This document shows, one piece after another, positions 18,643 through 28,171 of a stretch of DNA of 64,000 nucleotides. Below the pieces are notes generated by a model, which saw nothing but the letters and a program-made list of their open reading frames with translations, had not been told where the DNA came from and did no database searches. The first letter of the stretch is position 1; the number at the start of each line of letters is the position of its first letter. The position numbers and the translations under genes were made by a program. Source of the DNA: Clostridia bacterium (lineage in GTDB: Bacteria; Bacillota; Clostridia; Oscillospirales; CAG-272); NCBI GenBank assembly GCA_017507905.1, contig JAFWAA010000045.1:5513-69512 (forward strand), in the 5' to 3' direction.

Positions 18643-19305
18643 ATGACACCCGATCCCGTTTCCCAAAACGATACGTCCTACGAGGCACAGGTCCTCGCTT
18701 CCAAAAAGCTGAAAAAGCGCATTCTCATCGTGCTCGGTGCATCCGTCGGCGCAGTTCTCGTGCTTCTTCTGCTTGTTCTCCTTCTGCAGGGGATCCAGCG
18801 CTCGATGAACACGCCCGAGGTGCCCGAATACGAGTTCTATCCCACCTACGCGGGGGATATTCAAAAGAATCCCGCCTATCTCAATCTTGACCGCGAGGTG
18901 GTCTATGCCTACGATGCCACGGGCGTCGGCTTTTCCACCACGATCACCGAGGAGGAATGGGATAGCTTTGACGGTGAGGTGAAATTCCTTTATCAATATC
19001 TGCAGAACATCATCGCAGGCGACGTTGAAGCCTACAACGCCTGCCTGAGCGAGCGCTACATCCGCGAATTTGGCAGGGAAGATCCTTTTTCCCCGCAAAT
19101 GCTCTATGAGATGAAGATCTCCTTCTACCGCGCGGACGCCGACGGCGGAAAGGTCTACCTGCTGGAGTACAAGATCTACCACAACGACGGAAGCTTCCGC
19201 ACCGACGTTGGCAGCGGCATGTGCCGTCCGCAATTCGTCAAGGTCATCGAGCCCTCAGAGGGGCAGTATAAGATCGAAAATATCGCCACCCGCTTTGAGC
19301 GTTGA
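18643..19305 (+). CDS. Hypothetical membrane-anchored protein
   Basis: ATG at 18643 follows AGGAGG. One N-terminal TM (ILIVLGASVGAVLVLLLLVLLL) and then a soluble domain of about 160 aa. No family recognised. Confidence 0.55.
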   Translation: MTPDPVSQNDTSYEAQVLASKKLKKRILIVLGASVGAVLVLLLLVLLLQGIQRSMNTPEVPEYEFYPTYAGDIQKNPAYLNLDREVVYAYDATGVGFSTTITEEEWDSFDGEVKFLYQYLQNIIAGDVEAYNACLSERYIREFGREDPFSPQMLYEMKISFYRADADGGKVYLLEYKIYHNDGSFRTDVGSGMCRPQFVKVIEPSEGQYKIENIATRFER

Positions 19306-19336
19306 AAAAATTTTGAAAAAAATTTCCCGAAACCTA

Positions 19337-19365
19337 TTGACAATCACTTGACCGCATGATATAAT
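19337..19365 (+). promoter_or_regulatory. Consensus sigma-A promoter (TTGACA-17-TATAAT) for nfeD-SPFH
   Basis: Both hexamers are exact consensus with a 17-nt spacer, 30 nt upstream of the ATG. Confidence 0.8.
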
Positions 19366-19394
19366 TAAATCACTACAGCGAAAGGAGGAATACC

Positions 19395-19880
19395 ATGCTC
19401 GAATTTTTCGTAGAAAACGGATACACGCTTTTTTGGCTTGCCGTTGCGATCGCGACTGCAGTTGTTGAGGGCATGACCTGCGGACTGGTGTCCATCTGGT
19501 TTGTTCCCGGAGCACTCGTCGCTCTCGTGATCTCGTTCTTTTGCGATCTGTTCTGGGTGCAGCTGCTGGCGTTTTTGCTCATCTCGCTTGTCACGCTGAT
19601 CCTGGTAAAAACGGTCTTCAAGAAGTATCTGCCAAACAAAAAAGCCTTCCGTTCCAACTCAGATGCCCTCATCGGCGAGCGCGGGATCGTTCTGGAAAGA
19701 ATCGACAACCTGCACGAAACGGGAAGCGTAAAGATCCGCTCTCTCGTTTGGACCGCTCGCTCCTCCGATGATCGCACCGTCCTGCCCGAGGGAAGCTTCG
19801 TTATCGTTGAGGAGATCTCGGGTGTCAAGCTCATCTGCAAGCCCGATCCTGAGCAAAACGCAGACCCTACACAAGAATAA
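19395..19880 (+). CDS. NfeD family membrane protein
   Basis: 161 aa. Three TM segments followed by a C-terminal OB-like domain (GERGIVLERI...GSVKIRSLVWTARS). Immediately upstream of the SPFH gene. Confidence 0.85.
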   Translation: MLEFFVENGYTLFWLAVAIATAVVEGMTCGLVSIWFVPGALVALVISFFCDLFWVQLLAFLLISLVTLILVKTVFKKYLPNKKAFRSNSDALIGERGIVLERIDNLHETGSVKIRSLVWTARSSDDRTVLPEGSFVIVEEISGVKLICKPDPEQNADPTQE

Positions 19881-19903
19881 ACCATTAAGAAAGGAAAGCA
19901 ACT

Positions 19904-20839
19904 ATGGGACCTTTAGTCGTCGCCGCCGTACTGATCGGCATTCTTCTCATCATCATTATTTCCAACATTCACATCGTTCCGCAATCCAAGGCGTATCTGA
20001 TCGAGCGTCTCGGCGCTTACCATCAGACCTGGCGCACGGGCATTCACTTCAAGATCCCCTTTATCGATCGCATTGCCAAGCGCATCAACCTGATGGAGCA
20101 GGTTGCGGACTATCCGCCCCAGCCCGTAATCACCAAGGATAACGTCCGTATGCAGATCGACACCGTCGTCTTCTTCCAGATCACCGACTGCAAGCTCTAC
20201 GCCTACGGTCACACCACGCCTATGGCCGCCATCGAAAATCTGACCGCCACCACGCTCCGTAACATCATCGGTGAGCTGGAGCTGGACAGCACGCTGACCT
20301 CCCGCGACATCATCAACACCAAGATGCGCTCGATCCTTGACGAGGCCACCGACCCTTGGGGCATCAAGGTGACCCGCGTTGAGCTGAAGAACATCATTCC
20401 GCCCCGCGAGATCCAGGACGCCATGGAAAAGCAGATGAAGGCTGAGCGTGAGCGCCGTGAGGCGATCCTGCGCGCCGAGGGTGAGAAGAACTCCACCATT
20501 CTGGTTGCCCAGGGTAAGAAGGAATCCATGATCCTCGAGGCTGAGGCAGAGAAGCAGTCGCAGATCCTGCGCGCTGAGGCGATCAAGGAATCCAAGATCC
20601 GCGAGGCCGAGGGTGAGGCCGCCGCGATCCTCTCCATTCAGCAGGCTACGGCCGACGGTATCCGCATGATCAACGAGGCCGCTCCCGCACAGGGCGTGAT
20701 CGCCATCAAGAGCCTGGAGGCCCTGGAAAAGGTTGCCGACGGCAAGGCCACCAAGATCATCATTCCCTCCGAGATCCAGAACGTAGCAGGGCTGGTCTCC
20801 AGCATCAAGGAGATCGCCACCGATCCTGCCAAGCAATAA
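19904..20839 (+). CDS. SPFH/band-7 (stomatin/slipin-like) protein
   Basis: 311 aa. N-terminal TM, an SPFH core and a coiled-coil AE-rich tail. Paired with nfeD. Followed by a terminator. Confidence 0.9.
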   Translation: MGPLVVAAVLIGILLIIIISNIHIVPQSKAYLIERLGAYHQTWRTGIHFKIPFIDRIAKRINLMEQVADYPPQPVITKDNVRMQIDTVVFFQITDCKLYAYGHTTPMAAIENLTATTLRNIIGELELDSTLTSRDIINTKMRSILDEATDPWGIKVTRVELKNIIPPREIQDAMEKQMKAERERREAILRAEGEKNSTILVAQGKKESMILEAEAEKQSQILRAEAIKESKIREAEGEAAAILSIQQATADGIRMINEAAPAQGVIAIKSLEALEKVADGKATKIIIPSEIQNVAGLVSSIKEIATDPAKQ

Positions 20840-20852
20840 CATTCGTTTTTTT

Positions 20853-20879
20853 GGGCCTGCCTTGCGGCAGGCCCTTTTT
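20853..20879 (+). terminator. Rho-independent terminator after the nfeD-SPFH operon
   Basis: GGGCCTGCC / GGCAGGCCC stem, TTGC loop, then T5. Confidence 0.88.
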
Positions 20880-20971
20880 GCATCAAAAAATGCATGGCGT
20901 TTTTTTCATGGATTGAACCCGACGAAAGAGGCTCAAACTGTCAAGGAAGAATTTTATCGAAGGAGACGCTT

Positions 20972-21772
20972 ATGAAACGTGCTTTTCTTTGCCTTTTGGG
21001 CTTTGCTTTTATCCTCTCCGCGCTTTGCGTGCAGACCGTGGCCTCCGAAAAGGCTTACAGCTGGTATTGCGTTCACGAAAAAGAGCATCGCCGCCCAAGG
21101 ATCGATCCGAGCCTTGGCTTTATCGAGGAGCTGGACGGCTACTATATCGGCCCCGAAAAGGCCGATGAAGACAAGGTGATCTACCTTACCTTTGACGCAG
21201 GATACGAAAACGGAAACGTGGAAAGGATCCTGGACGTGCTTAAGGAGGAATCTGTCACGGCGGCCTTCTTTATTCTTGGGCATCTGATCGAAAAAAATCC
21301 CGATCTCGTCCTGCGTATGGCGCAAGAAGGGCATACTGTATGCAACCACACCTATCATCACAGAAACATGGCAAAAAGCGACAAGGAGACCTTTTCGGCC
21401 GAGCTTTCCTCCCTCGCAAAGGCCTACCGGGACTTGACGGGCACGCCCATGGCAAGCTATTACCGACCGCCCGAGGGACGCTTTACGAGAGAAAATCTCG
21501 TGTGGGCCAAGGAAATGGGCTATGCCACCGTATTCTGGAGCTTTGCCTATCCCGATTGGGATAACCAAAAGCAAATGTCCCCCGAAAAAGCCAAGCAGAT
21601 CGTGCTGGATAACGTACACGACGGCGAGATCATGCTTCTGCATCCCACCTCCGCGACCAACGCCGTCATTCTACGCGACGTGATCTCCGTTCTGCGGGAG
21701 GAGGGCTACCGCTTCGGAAGCCTTCAGGAGCTGAGGGAAAAGGGAAGCTCGGAGGAGGGTTCTCTTGGTTAA
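20972..21772 (+). CDS. pdaA: Polysaccharide deacetylase, PdaA-like (delta-lactam-biosynthetic de-N-acetylase type)
   Basis: ATG at 20972 follows AAGGAGA. Signal peptide and NodB motifs (LTFDAGYENG, HTVCNHTYHH). The overall pattern resembles spore-cortex PdaA. Confidence 0.65.
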   Translation: MKRAFLCLLGFAFILSALCVQTVASEKAYSWYCVHEKEHRRPRIDPSLGFIEELDGYYIGPEKADEDKVIYLTFDAGYENGNVERILDVLKEESVTAAFFILGHLIEKNPDLVLRMAQEGHTVCNHTYHHRNMAKSDKETFSAELSSLAKAYRDLTGTPMASYYRPPEGRFTRENLVWAKEMGYATVFWSFAYPDWDNQKQMSPEKAKQIVLDNVHDGEIMLLHPTSATNAVILRDVISVLREEGYRFGSLQELREKGSSEEGSLG

Positions 21773-22463
21773 GTCATGGAGTCATCTGCGGCGCTTACCC
21801 CTTTTTTGCCTGTGCCTGCTCCTTCTTTTGCAAAGCACGGTGCCGGCAAGCGTTGCGCAAGCACCGGTCTATCGCTCGGTCAAGACCGAGTCCATGAAGA
21901 TCGCGCTCACCTTTGACGACGGCCCTCATCCGCACCAGACCGAGCGCATTCTCTCGATCCTTGACGAGTACGACGTGCGCGCGACCTTCTTTATGGTTGG
22001 AGTCAACGTGCGCAACTATCCCGATGCGGCAAAAGCCGTTGCCGAGGCAGGGCACGAGATCGGGAATCACACCTATTCGCACAGACATCTGCGCAATCTC
22101 AGCAGCCAAGAGCTTGCCGCGGAGCTGGAGGAATGCGACACGGCTCTCTTTGAGATCTGCGGCTGCCGTCCCTCGCTCTTTCGTCCGCCCGAGGGGGCGA
22201 TCAATTCCTCCGTGGAGGATTGCACCGCGCAGGGGGAGTATCGCGTGATCCTCTGGAGCCTGGATACCCGCGATTGGGAAAGAAAAAGCACCGAGCAGAT
22301 CGTCCGATGCGTGCTTTCCTCGGTCAAGGCAGGGGACATCATCCTCATGCACGATTATATCGGGCATCACGCAAGGACCGCCGAGGCGCTCGCCATTCTC
22401 CTGCCCGAGCTTCTGGAGCGCGGTTTTGAGCCGGTCACGGTCAGCGAGCTTCTGGAGGGATAA
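21765..22463 (+). CDS. Polysaccharide deacetylase family protein (NodB domain)
   Basis: TTG start follows GGAGGAGGG and overlaps the upstream stop. Signal peptide, TFDDGPHP and HEIGNHTYSH motifs. Confidence 0.8.
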   Translation: MVKSWSHLRRLPLFCLCLLLLLQSTVPASVAQAPVYRSVKTESMKIALTFDDGPHPHQTERILSILDEYDVRATFFMVGVNVRNYPDAAKAVAEAGHEIGNHTYSHRHLRNLSSQELAAELEECDTALFEICGCRPSLFRPPEGAINSSVEDCTAQGEYRVILWSLDTRDWERKSTEQIVRCVLSSVKAGDIILMHDYIGHHARTAEALAILLPELLERGFEPVTVSELLEG

Positions 22464-22468
22464 AAAAA

Positions 22469-22499
22469 GACGTCCTCGGCGGTATACGCCAAGGACGTC
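22469..22499. terminator. Hairpin between convergent genes (the T-tract is on the minus-strand side)
   Basis: 13-bp stem GACGTCCTCGGCG / CGCCAAGGACGTC (one mismatch). A7 precedes it on the + strand, which reads as T7 after the hairpin for the minus-strand gene. Confidence 0.7.
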
Positions 22500-22513
22500 G
22501 GAAAAGCTTTGGA

Positions 22514-23500
22514 TCAGGCAGGCGCTTCCTCACTTGAGGCCTCTTCCTCCTCATCCGCATCGGTTTGATAGGGCGTGATCATGTATCGCTCGATCACGGG
22601 ATAGGCCGCGTAGGCGGAGGTGAATGCGGTAAAGGAGAGGTAATAGATCACGGGGAGGATCAGCGGGATCGCAATATTGATGTTGATCAGGGCAAAGAAA
22701 AGCACCACGTTCACGGCCGTCAGTCCAACGATGCCGAGCGCCCCCATAAGGTTGCGCTTGATGCCGAGAGCCGTGAAGATCAATGCATTTTTGAGGATCT
22801 TGCGGATCGAAAGCTCAAAGGTGATCATCATCAGGTAGATATAGAAGCGCATGAAGAAATACAGAATGCCGATGGCAAGGACCGCCCAGTAGCAAACGTC
22901 CATCCAGAAGGAGCCGGTAAGTCCCGAGAAATAGAGCAGGTCAAAGCCAAAGAGGAAGAGCAAAAGCGCGTCGAGCAGACCCATGAGGAAGCCCTGGCGC
23001 AGATTGCGCTTGATGGCGTAAAAATAGTCCGAAAAGAGGAACACGGGCTCACCGCGCACCATGTTGCGCAGGACGTAGGTTGCTCCCACGTTCTGCCAGC
23101 CAAAGGTGACGGCAAGGAAAAGCACGCAGAGCGCGATCAGAACGTAGGAAAGCGTGTTTCCCGCGGCGGGAACGTCGGTCTGCGCCCCAAAGAGATCAAG
23201 CAGGACCGATACGATGGGCGTGCTCTCCTGAAGACCTGCGCCGTAGATCTGCGAGAAAAGGGGATCGGTGGCCGTGGGGGTCATGTCCTGACCCGTGTAG
23301 AGCAAAAAGATGAAGATGAGGGGGAGCACCATCGGGAGCATCATGAGATTGAGCCCGACCAGCTTCCAGAAGCGGCGGCCGAGAAGCTTAAAGTATCGCT
23401 TGACCGTTGGGGTGGTATCCTCCTCAAGGGCATCGGGGCGGTTATCCCGATGAAGGTCAAAAAAGCGGAAAAGTCGGCTTCCTTTTTTTTCAGTATCCAA
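22514..23500 (-). CDS. Polytopic integral membrane protein (possibly YesL/DUF624-like)
   Basis: 328 aa. TTG start follows AAGAAGGA. At least 6 hydrophobic segments and an acidic C-terminal tail. The family call is tentative. Confidence 0.5.
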   Translation of the reverse strand: MDTEKKGSRLFRFFDLHRDNRPDALEEDTTPTVKRYFKLLGRRFWKLVGLNLMMLPMVLPLIFIFLLYTGQDMTPTATDPLFSQIYGAGLQESTPIVSVLLDLFGAQTDVPAAGNTLSYVLIALCVLFLAVTFGWQNVGATYVLRNMVRGEPVFLFSDYFYAIKRNLRQGFLMGLLDALLLFLFGFDLLYFSGLTGSFWMDVCYWAVLAIGILYFFMRFYIYLMMITFELSIRKILKNALIFTALGIKRNLMGALGIVGLTAVNVVLFFALININIAIPLILPVIYYLSFTAFTSAYAAYPVIERYMITPYQTDADEEEEASSEEAPA

Positions 23501-23534
23501 GATTTTATCCTTCTTTGCAAGTATTATCCATTAC

Positions 23535-23563
23535 ATTGTAGCATACCTTGTCGCAAAAGTCAA
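23535..23563 (-). promoter_or_regulatory. Sigma-A-type promoter (TTGACT-17-TACAAT) for the 22514-23500 membrane protein gene
   Basis: Read on the minus strand with a 17-nt spacer. Confidence 0.65.
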
Positions 23564-23652
23564 GGAGTTCAAGGGATTTGGGTATGTGAATTTTCGTTCA
23601 AAAAGCTTGTCCTTTTCCTTGCGAAAAAGCAGGAAAAATTCGAAAAACGGAC

Positions 23653-23681
23653 TTGCATTCCGAAAAAAGATATGGTATAAT
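23653..23681 (+). promoter_or_regulatory. Sigma-A-type promoter (TTGCAT-17-TATAAT) for the 23721 gene
   Basis: Hexamers and spacing counted directly. A TGg extended -10 is present. Confidence 0.7.
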
Positions 23682-23720
23682 TGGAGTAGAAGAAGCTTTT
23701 ATCAACTCCGCGGAAAGGAT

Positions 23721-24386
23721 ATGCCCATGAAACTCAAAAAAATGCTGCCGACGATCCTCGGCGTGATCGGTGCCGTCAGTCTGATCGGCGCGATCCTCCT
23801 CTTTGCCATCGCTCTCCCTCAGGCAAATGCACCCTACAAAAAGGTGCTCACCTCGCTGATCGCATCCTTTATGCTGATCCTTACGGCGCTGGTGGCCTAT
23901 TATCTCTATATCACGCGTGATGCCGAGCCCAACTTTTTCCTCTTTGACCGCGCAAAGAAGCGCAATATTGCCGTTGAGGAGCTGACCTTCCAGATCGTCA
24001 ACGAGCGCATGGGCTTCTTCCTGACGCTGGTCTGCGAGACCCCCAATCAGCTCTGGCAGAACGACGTTCTCGAAAACGACCGCAAGCTTGGCTACCGTCG
24101 CGTTTACCGTCCGCTCCTGGCCTACAAGATGCTCTACGATCTGGCCGATAAGGACGTTCCCGCCTACTGGGAGCTGCTCTACAACGCCACTCCCGAAACC
24201 GTAAACTCGCTTTGCGAGGCACTCGAGCAGGGCGGCGAAAAGGAAATGGTCAAGGCCTTCCGCTTTATTATGGAGACCTACCGCGCACGCCCCGAGCGCA
24301 TCAAGGATTTTGTCTGCGGCAATACGCGCTATATCCGCGGCAGAATGCTTACATACGTCAGACGAAACATCGAGATCTTCTACTAA
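23721..24386 (+). CDS. Hypothetical membrane protein (2 N-terminal TM segments plus a cytoplasmic domain)
   Basis: ATG at 23721 follows GGAAAGGA. Has its own TTGCAT-17-TATAAT promoter and a strong terminator. Confidence 0.55.
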   Translation: MPMKLKKMLPTILGVIGAVSLIGAILLFAIALPQANAPYKKVLTSLIASFMLILTALVAYYLYITRDAEPNFFLFDRAKKRNIAVEELTFQIVNERMGFFLTLVCETPNQLWQNDVLENDRKLGYRRVYRPLLAYKMLYDLADKDVPAYWELLYNATPETVNSLCEALEQGGEKEMVKAFRFIMETYRARPERIKDFVCGNTRYIRGRMLTYVRRNIEIFY

Positions 24387-24402
24387 GTCTATTCGCTTTC
24401 AG

Positions 24403-24441
24403 GCAGACGATGGAACAGGACGTTCCGTCGTCTGCTTTTTT
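24403..24441 (+). terminator. Rho-independent terminator after the 23721-24386 gene
   Basis: 14-bp stem GCAGACGATGGAAC / GTTCCGTCGTCTGC (one G-U), then T6. Confidence 0.88.
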
Positions 24442-24484
24442 CTTCCTTTCGATGCTTCGTTAATCCCGACGTTGGAGAACACAC

Positions 24485-25150
24485 GTGAACAGCACTTTGC
24501 CGCTATCGCCGAAGGAAAGAAAATGCAAATGCCACTCAGCACCCCTCCTTGAGGAGACGCTCAAGCGCGGAGTGGACCTGGTCGGCGCATCCTCACTTCT
24601 TTTGCTCAGCTCTCCCATTCTGCTCGCCGCGGCACTCGGAGTGCGCCTTTCCTCCGACGGACCGATCCTTTTCCGCCAGGTGCGCATTGGAAAAAACGGG
24701 GAGGAATTCCTTCTCTATAAGCTTCGCTCCATGTACCCGAACGATCAGGAGGATTGCGGCTGGACGCGGGAGGGAGACGCGCGCGTCACCCCGTTTGGGG
24801 CTCTTTTGCGCCGCTTTTCCATCGACGAGCTTCCGCAGCTCTGGAACGTGATCAAGGGGGACATGAGCCTTGTCGGTCCGCGCCCCGAGACGCCGCATTA
24901 CGTCAGGATCTTTTCCGAGCGCTATCCCGATTACCCAAAGCGCCACGCCGTCCGCCCGGGGCTTACCGGCCTTGCGCAGATCATGGGCCTGCGCGGTGAC
25001 ACCTCCATCTACCGTCGCTTGAAGGCGGACCTTGCCTATATCGGGCATCAAGGCCTCTTTTTCGATCTGGCGATCCTGCTTCTGACCCCCGCTGAGATCC
25101 TGCCGTCGGGAGGGAAGTCCTCTCTCCGCAAACGGGAGATGCGGCCATGA
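24485..25150 (+). CDS. Undecaprenyl-phosphate sugar phosphotransferase (bacterial sugar transferase family, small PGT)
   Basis: GTG start lies 7 nt after [27 protein letters not shown] helix, then [23 protein letters not shown]...[21 protein letters not shown]. Confidence 0.88.
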   Translation: MNSTLPLSPKERKCKCHSAPLLEETLKRGVDLVGASSLLLLSSPILLAAALGVRLSSDGPILFRQVRIGKNGEEFLLYKLRSMYPNDQEDCGWTREGDARVTPFGALLRRFSIDELPQLWNVIKGDMSLVGPRPETPHYVRIFSERYPDYPKRHAVRPGLTGLAQIMGLRGDTSIYRRLKADLAYIGHQGLFFDLAILLLTPAEILPSGGKSSLRKREMRP

Positions 25151-26229
25151 AGCGCCAAAAGGTCCTGTACTGTGCCTCAACCGACACGCATCTGCTGCGC
25201 TTCCATCTGCCCTATATCAAGGCGCTTTCAAAAACGTGTGACGTTTGCGTAATGGGGAACGGAAGCACCTTTTCGCACAAAGCCCCCTTTTGCAAGCAGA
25301 TGCTCTCCCCAAAGAACCTCCTTGCGCTGTTGGAAATACGGCGTCTTCTCCGTCGGGAGCGCTTTGACCTGATCCTGACCCACACGGCGCTGGCCTCCTT
25401 TCTCGTGCGCCTTGCCGCAAAGGGGCTGAGCCGACCGCCAAGGATCACCGTGACCGTGCACGGGTATCTCTTCTCCGAAAAGCTGTGTTCCGCCAAGGAT
25501 CGGCTTTTGCTGCTTTGCGAAAAGCTCGTCAGAGGGCAGACCGATCTTTTGCTGGTGATGAACCGTGAGGATCTTGCCCTGGCCAAGCGCTACGACCTCT
25601 CGCAGGGAAAGATCCGCTTGATCCGCGGAATGGGGCTCCCCGCAAGAGAGAGGAATGCCAAGCCGATCCATCTGCGAAGGAGGCTTGGGCTTTCCGACAA
25701 GGATCTGCTCTGCCTGTACGTGGGCGAGCTGAGCAAGCGGAAGAACCAGCTCTTTCTGATCCGTGCCTTTCATACCCTTCGCCAAAAGGGAGAGGATGTC
25801 TTCCTGGTTCTCGTGGGGGACGGAGCGGAAAGGGAGACGATCCTTGAGGAGATCCGAAAGCGGCATATGGAGGATACCGTCTTTCTCGCAGGAGAGGAAA
25901 AGGAGGTCTATCCGTATCTTCTGGAGGCGGATCTCTACGTTTCAGCCAGCCGCTCAGAGGGATTGCCCTTCAACCTTCTCGAGGCTATGGAGGTGGGGCT
26001 TCCCATTCTTGCTTCAAGAGTAAAGGGGCAGGAGGATCTGCTCGGCGACTGTCCCGATGCCCTCTACCCCGAGGGGGATGAGGAGGCCTTTTGCAGGTGT
26101 CTTCTTGCGTTGAAGAAGGCGGGCAGGCTCGGGCGGGGAAGTCACGCGTATCCAAAGCTCGACCGCTACCGTCTCGACTCGGTATTTGCCGAGAATCTGG
26201 CGCTCCTGCGCGGAGGAATGCCCAAATGA
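25147..26229 (+). CDS. Glycosyltransferase family 4 (GT-B, group 1)
   Basis: 360 aa. C-terminal EX7E region (SRSEGLPFNLLEAMEVGLPILAS). ATGA-type overlaps with both neighbours. Confidence 0.85.
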   Translation: MKRQKVLYCASTDTHLLRFHLPYIKALSKTCDVCVMGNGSTFSHKAPFCKQMLSPKNLLALLEIRRLLRRERFDLILTHTALASFLVRLAAKGLSRPPRITVTVHGYLFSEKLCSAKDRLLLLCEKLVRGQTDLLLVMNREDLALAKRYDLSQGKIRLIRGMGLPARERNAKPIHLRRRLGLSDKDLLCLYVGELSKRKNQLFLIRAFHTLRQKGEDVFLVLVGDGAERETILEEIRKRHMEDTVFLAGEEKEVYPYLLEADLYVSASRSEGLPFNLLEAMEVGLPILASRVKGQEDLLGDCPDALYPEGDEEAFCRCLLALKKAGRLGRGSHAYPKLDRYRLDSVFAENLALLRGGMPK

Positions 26230-27581
26230 TCCGCACCCGCATGAGATCCTTTTTTCGAGGCCCCCTCTATCTTGCCGTCATCTTTATCCTGCTCCTTCTC
26301 GGGCACACCTTTGCCATAGAGCTCTTTACGGGAGGGGCGATCCTTCTGCTGGTCGCGCTCGGCTGCCTTGTGGAGGAGGATCTGCGCTTTGCCGCTTTTC
26401 CGTTTTTGGGGCTGATCTTTTCGGTTCCCATCGCACACTCACCGAACGTCCCCGATTACAGCGACTATTACGTCCGCACACCCGTTCTTGCGGCGCTCAT
26501 TCTGCTCGGGATCCTTCTCCTCGGCGCTTTGACGGCTTTCCTCCTGCGCAACCGAAAAGGGCGGCCGAGAGAGCCTCTCTCCAAAACGGCGCTCGGCATT
26601 CTCGTATTTTGCCTTGCCATCACGCCAAACGGGCTCCTGAACCCTGCCTACACGCCTGCCAATGCGGCCTATCCCTTGTCCTTTTATCTCTCCGCGCTGC
26701 TATTCTTCCTGCTTTTTTCGCGATTCGTTTCGCATGACAGACGCGCGCGGGAATATATGATGCTCTGCTTTGTGCTCTGCGGACTGCTCATCTGCCTTGA
26801 GCTGCTGATCGCTTACGGACGGACGGTGGACTATGACGCCGAGGGCAGGGTGATCAAGGAAAGCGTTCTGCTTGGCTGGGGTGTGTGGACGGCCATCGGC
26901 GGAATGCTCCTCTTTCTGATGCCCACCTGCTTTTACTTTGCCGCCTGCAAAGAGAAGTACGCCTGGCTCGGCTATGCGACGGGAGGGTTATTTTACGTCT
27001 GTATCCTGCTTTCCCGAAGCCGCGGCGCGCTCCTTGTCGGAACGCTCACGCTCCTGCTTTCTCTTACGGCCTGCTTCGCGTACAGCAAGCACCGCAAGCG
27101 GGATCTAGGGCTGGGGCTTTTGCTTCTTTTGTTTGTGCTTCCGCTCCTTTGGAATAAGCGAGAAGCGCCGTTATCCTTCATCAGCGCCATTTTTGAAAAC
27201 GGACTTTCGGATAACGGTCGCTTAAAGCTCTGGCGCATCGGGATCGAAAAGGCCATCTCGCATCCCCTCTTCGGCTCGGGCTTTTACGATTCCTTTGTGA
27301 ATACGGATTGGCCAAAGAGCGTATATCCCTACTTTTATCACAACACCCCGATTCAGATTCTCGCCGCAACGGGTCTCTTTGGCCTTGTGGGATATGCCGT
27401 GCATCGGATACAGACGGTCCATCTGATCCTGCGCAGCCGCACGCCGACCGCGATCTTTTTGGGGATCGGGATCCTCTCGCTCCTGCTTTTTTCCTTGCTT
27501 GACGTCCTCTTTTTCAACACCTATCCCACGCTCTTTTATGCCTTAATGCTTCTTTGCATCGAGAAAAGCAAAGCCGAATAG
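26226..27581 (+). CDS. O-antigen ligase/polymerase-like (Wzy_C domain) polytopic membrane protein
   Basis: ATG at 26226 overlaps the GT4 stop (ATGA). About 10 or more TM segments. The LSRSRGALL loop motif is typical of the O-antigen ligase family. Confidence 0.75.
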   Translation: MIRTRMRSFFRGPLYLAVIFILLLLGHTFAIELFTGGAILLLVALGCLVEEDLRFAAFPFLGLIFSVPIAHSPNVPDYSDYYVRTPVLAALILLGILLLGALTAFLLRNRKGRPREPLSKTALGILVFCLAITPNGLLNPAYTPANAAYPLSFYLSALLFFLLFSRFVSHDRRAREYMMLCFVLCGLLICLELLIAYGRTVDYDAEGRVIKESVLLGWGVWTAIGGMLLFLMPTCFYFAACKEKYAWLGYATGGLFYVCILLSRSRGALLVGTLTLLLSLTACFAYSKHRKRDLGLGLLLLLFVLPLLWNKREAPLSFISAIFENGLSDNGRLKLWRIGIEKAISHPLFGSGFYDSFVNTDWPKSVYPYFYHNTPIQILAATGLFGLVGYAVHRIQTVHLILRSRTPTAIFLGIGILSLLLFSLLDVLFFNTYPTLFYALMLLCIEKSKAE

Positions 27582-27584
27582 GAA

Positions 27585-27632
27585 AGAGCATCGCGCAGTC
27601 CTTGGGAAAAGACCTGCGTGATGCTCTTTTTT
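27585..27632. terminator. Terminator between the glycan module and the convergent 144-aa gene
   Basis: 14-bp stem AGAGCATCGCGCAG / CTGCGTGATGCTCT (one G-U), then a T-tract. Confidence 0.8.
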
Positions 27633-27633
27633 C

Positions 27634-28068
27634 TTATCCGACGTAATCCCGAATCAGCGCCAAAAGCTCCTTCCAGGAGCCGATCTCGATGCCTGTCTCA
27701 AGCAGGTCGCGATCCTTTTTGGGGAGCGCCGAAGGGTCGATATCCAACACCCGAAGAAGCTCGCCGCCCTTTGTATACACGCCAACGTGACCGTTCTCGA
27801 TGCGAACGATGAGACCGTCGAAAAACGGAGTCTCCTCCTTGTCGGACGTTGGGGGGATCGGGGCTTCCTCGGTCTCGGTCTCGCGGTCAAGCGCCGCCAT
27901 CGCCTCCACGGAATCCTCAAGCGCGTTCAACAGCAGATGCGTTTTTTCACGAAGTCCCCGACTTTCCTCAACCGCGTTCCGCATAACGGTCAGCGCAATG
28001 ATGGAAAGCACCAGGCAGACCAAAAGCAAAAAGGCGCAAAGGATCGTCATCAGCTTTGTATGATCCAT
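27634..28068 (-). CDS. Membrane-anchored hypothetical protein with a BofC-C-terminal-like domain (tentative)
   Basis: 144 aa. N-terminal TM. The C-terminal pattern G.VGVY.G...L..LDI....LP..D...L..GI.I.S..EL..L..DY resembles BofC_C. Confidence 0.4.
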   Translation of the reverse strand: MDHTKLMTILCAFLLLVCLVLSIIALTVMRNAVEESRGLREKTHLLLNALEDSVEAMAALDRETETEEAPIPPTSDKEETPFFDGLIVRIENGHVGVYTKGGELLRVLDIDPSALPKKDRDLLETGIEIGSWKELLALIRDYVG

Positions 28069-28171
28069 GCTTTATCTCCTTTCACAGTTTCTTGCAATAT
28101 GGGTAATGATAGCATTTCCCGAAAGGGCGGTTTTATGCAGGAAAGCGTGGAATACTAAAGACGAAAGGTCA

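Noticed and set aside
20880-20971. Sigma-G or sigma-E type promoter upstream of the pdaA-like gene
   Set aside because: I could not find a convincing GHATR-N17/18-CATxxTA or CATACA-T arrangement, and the partial matches are no better than chance. The promoter is left unassigned.
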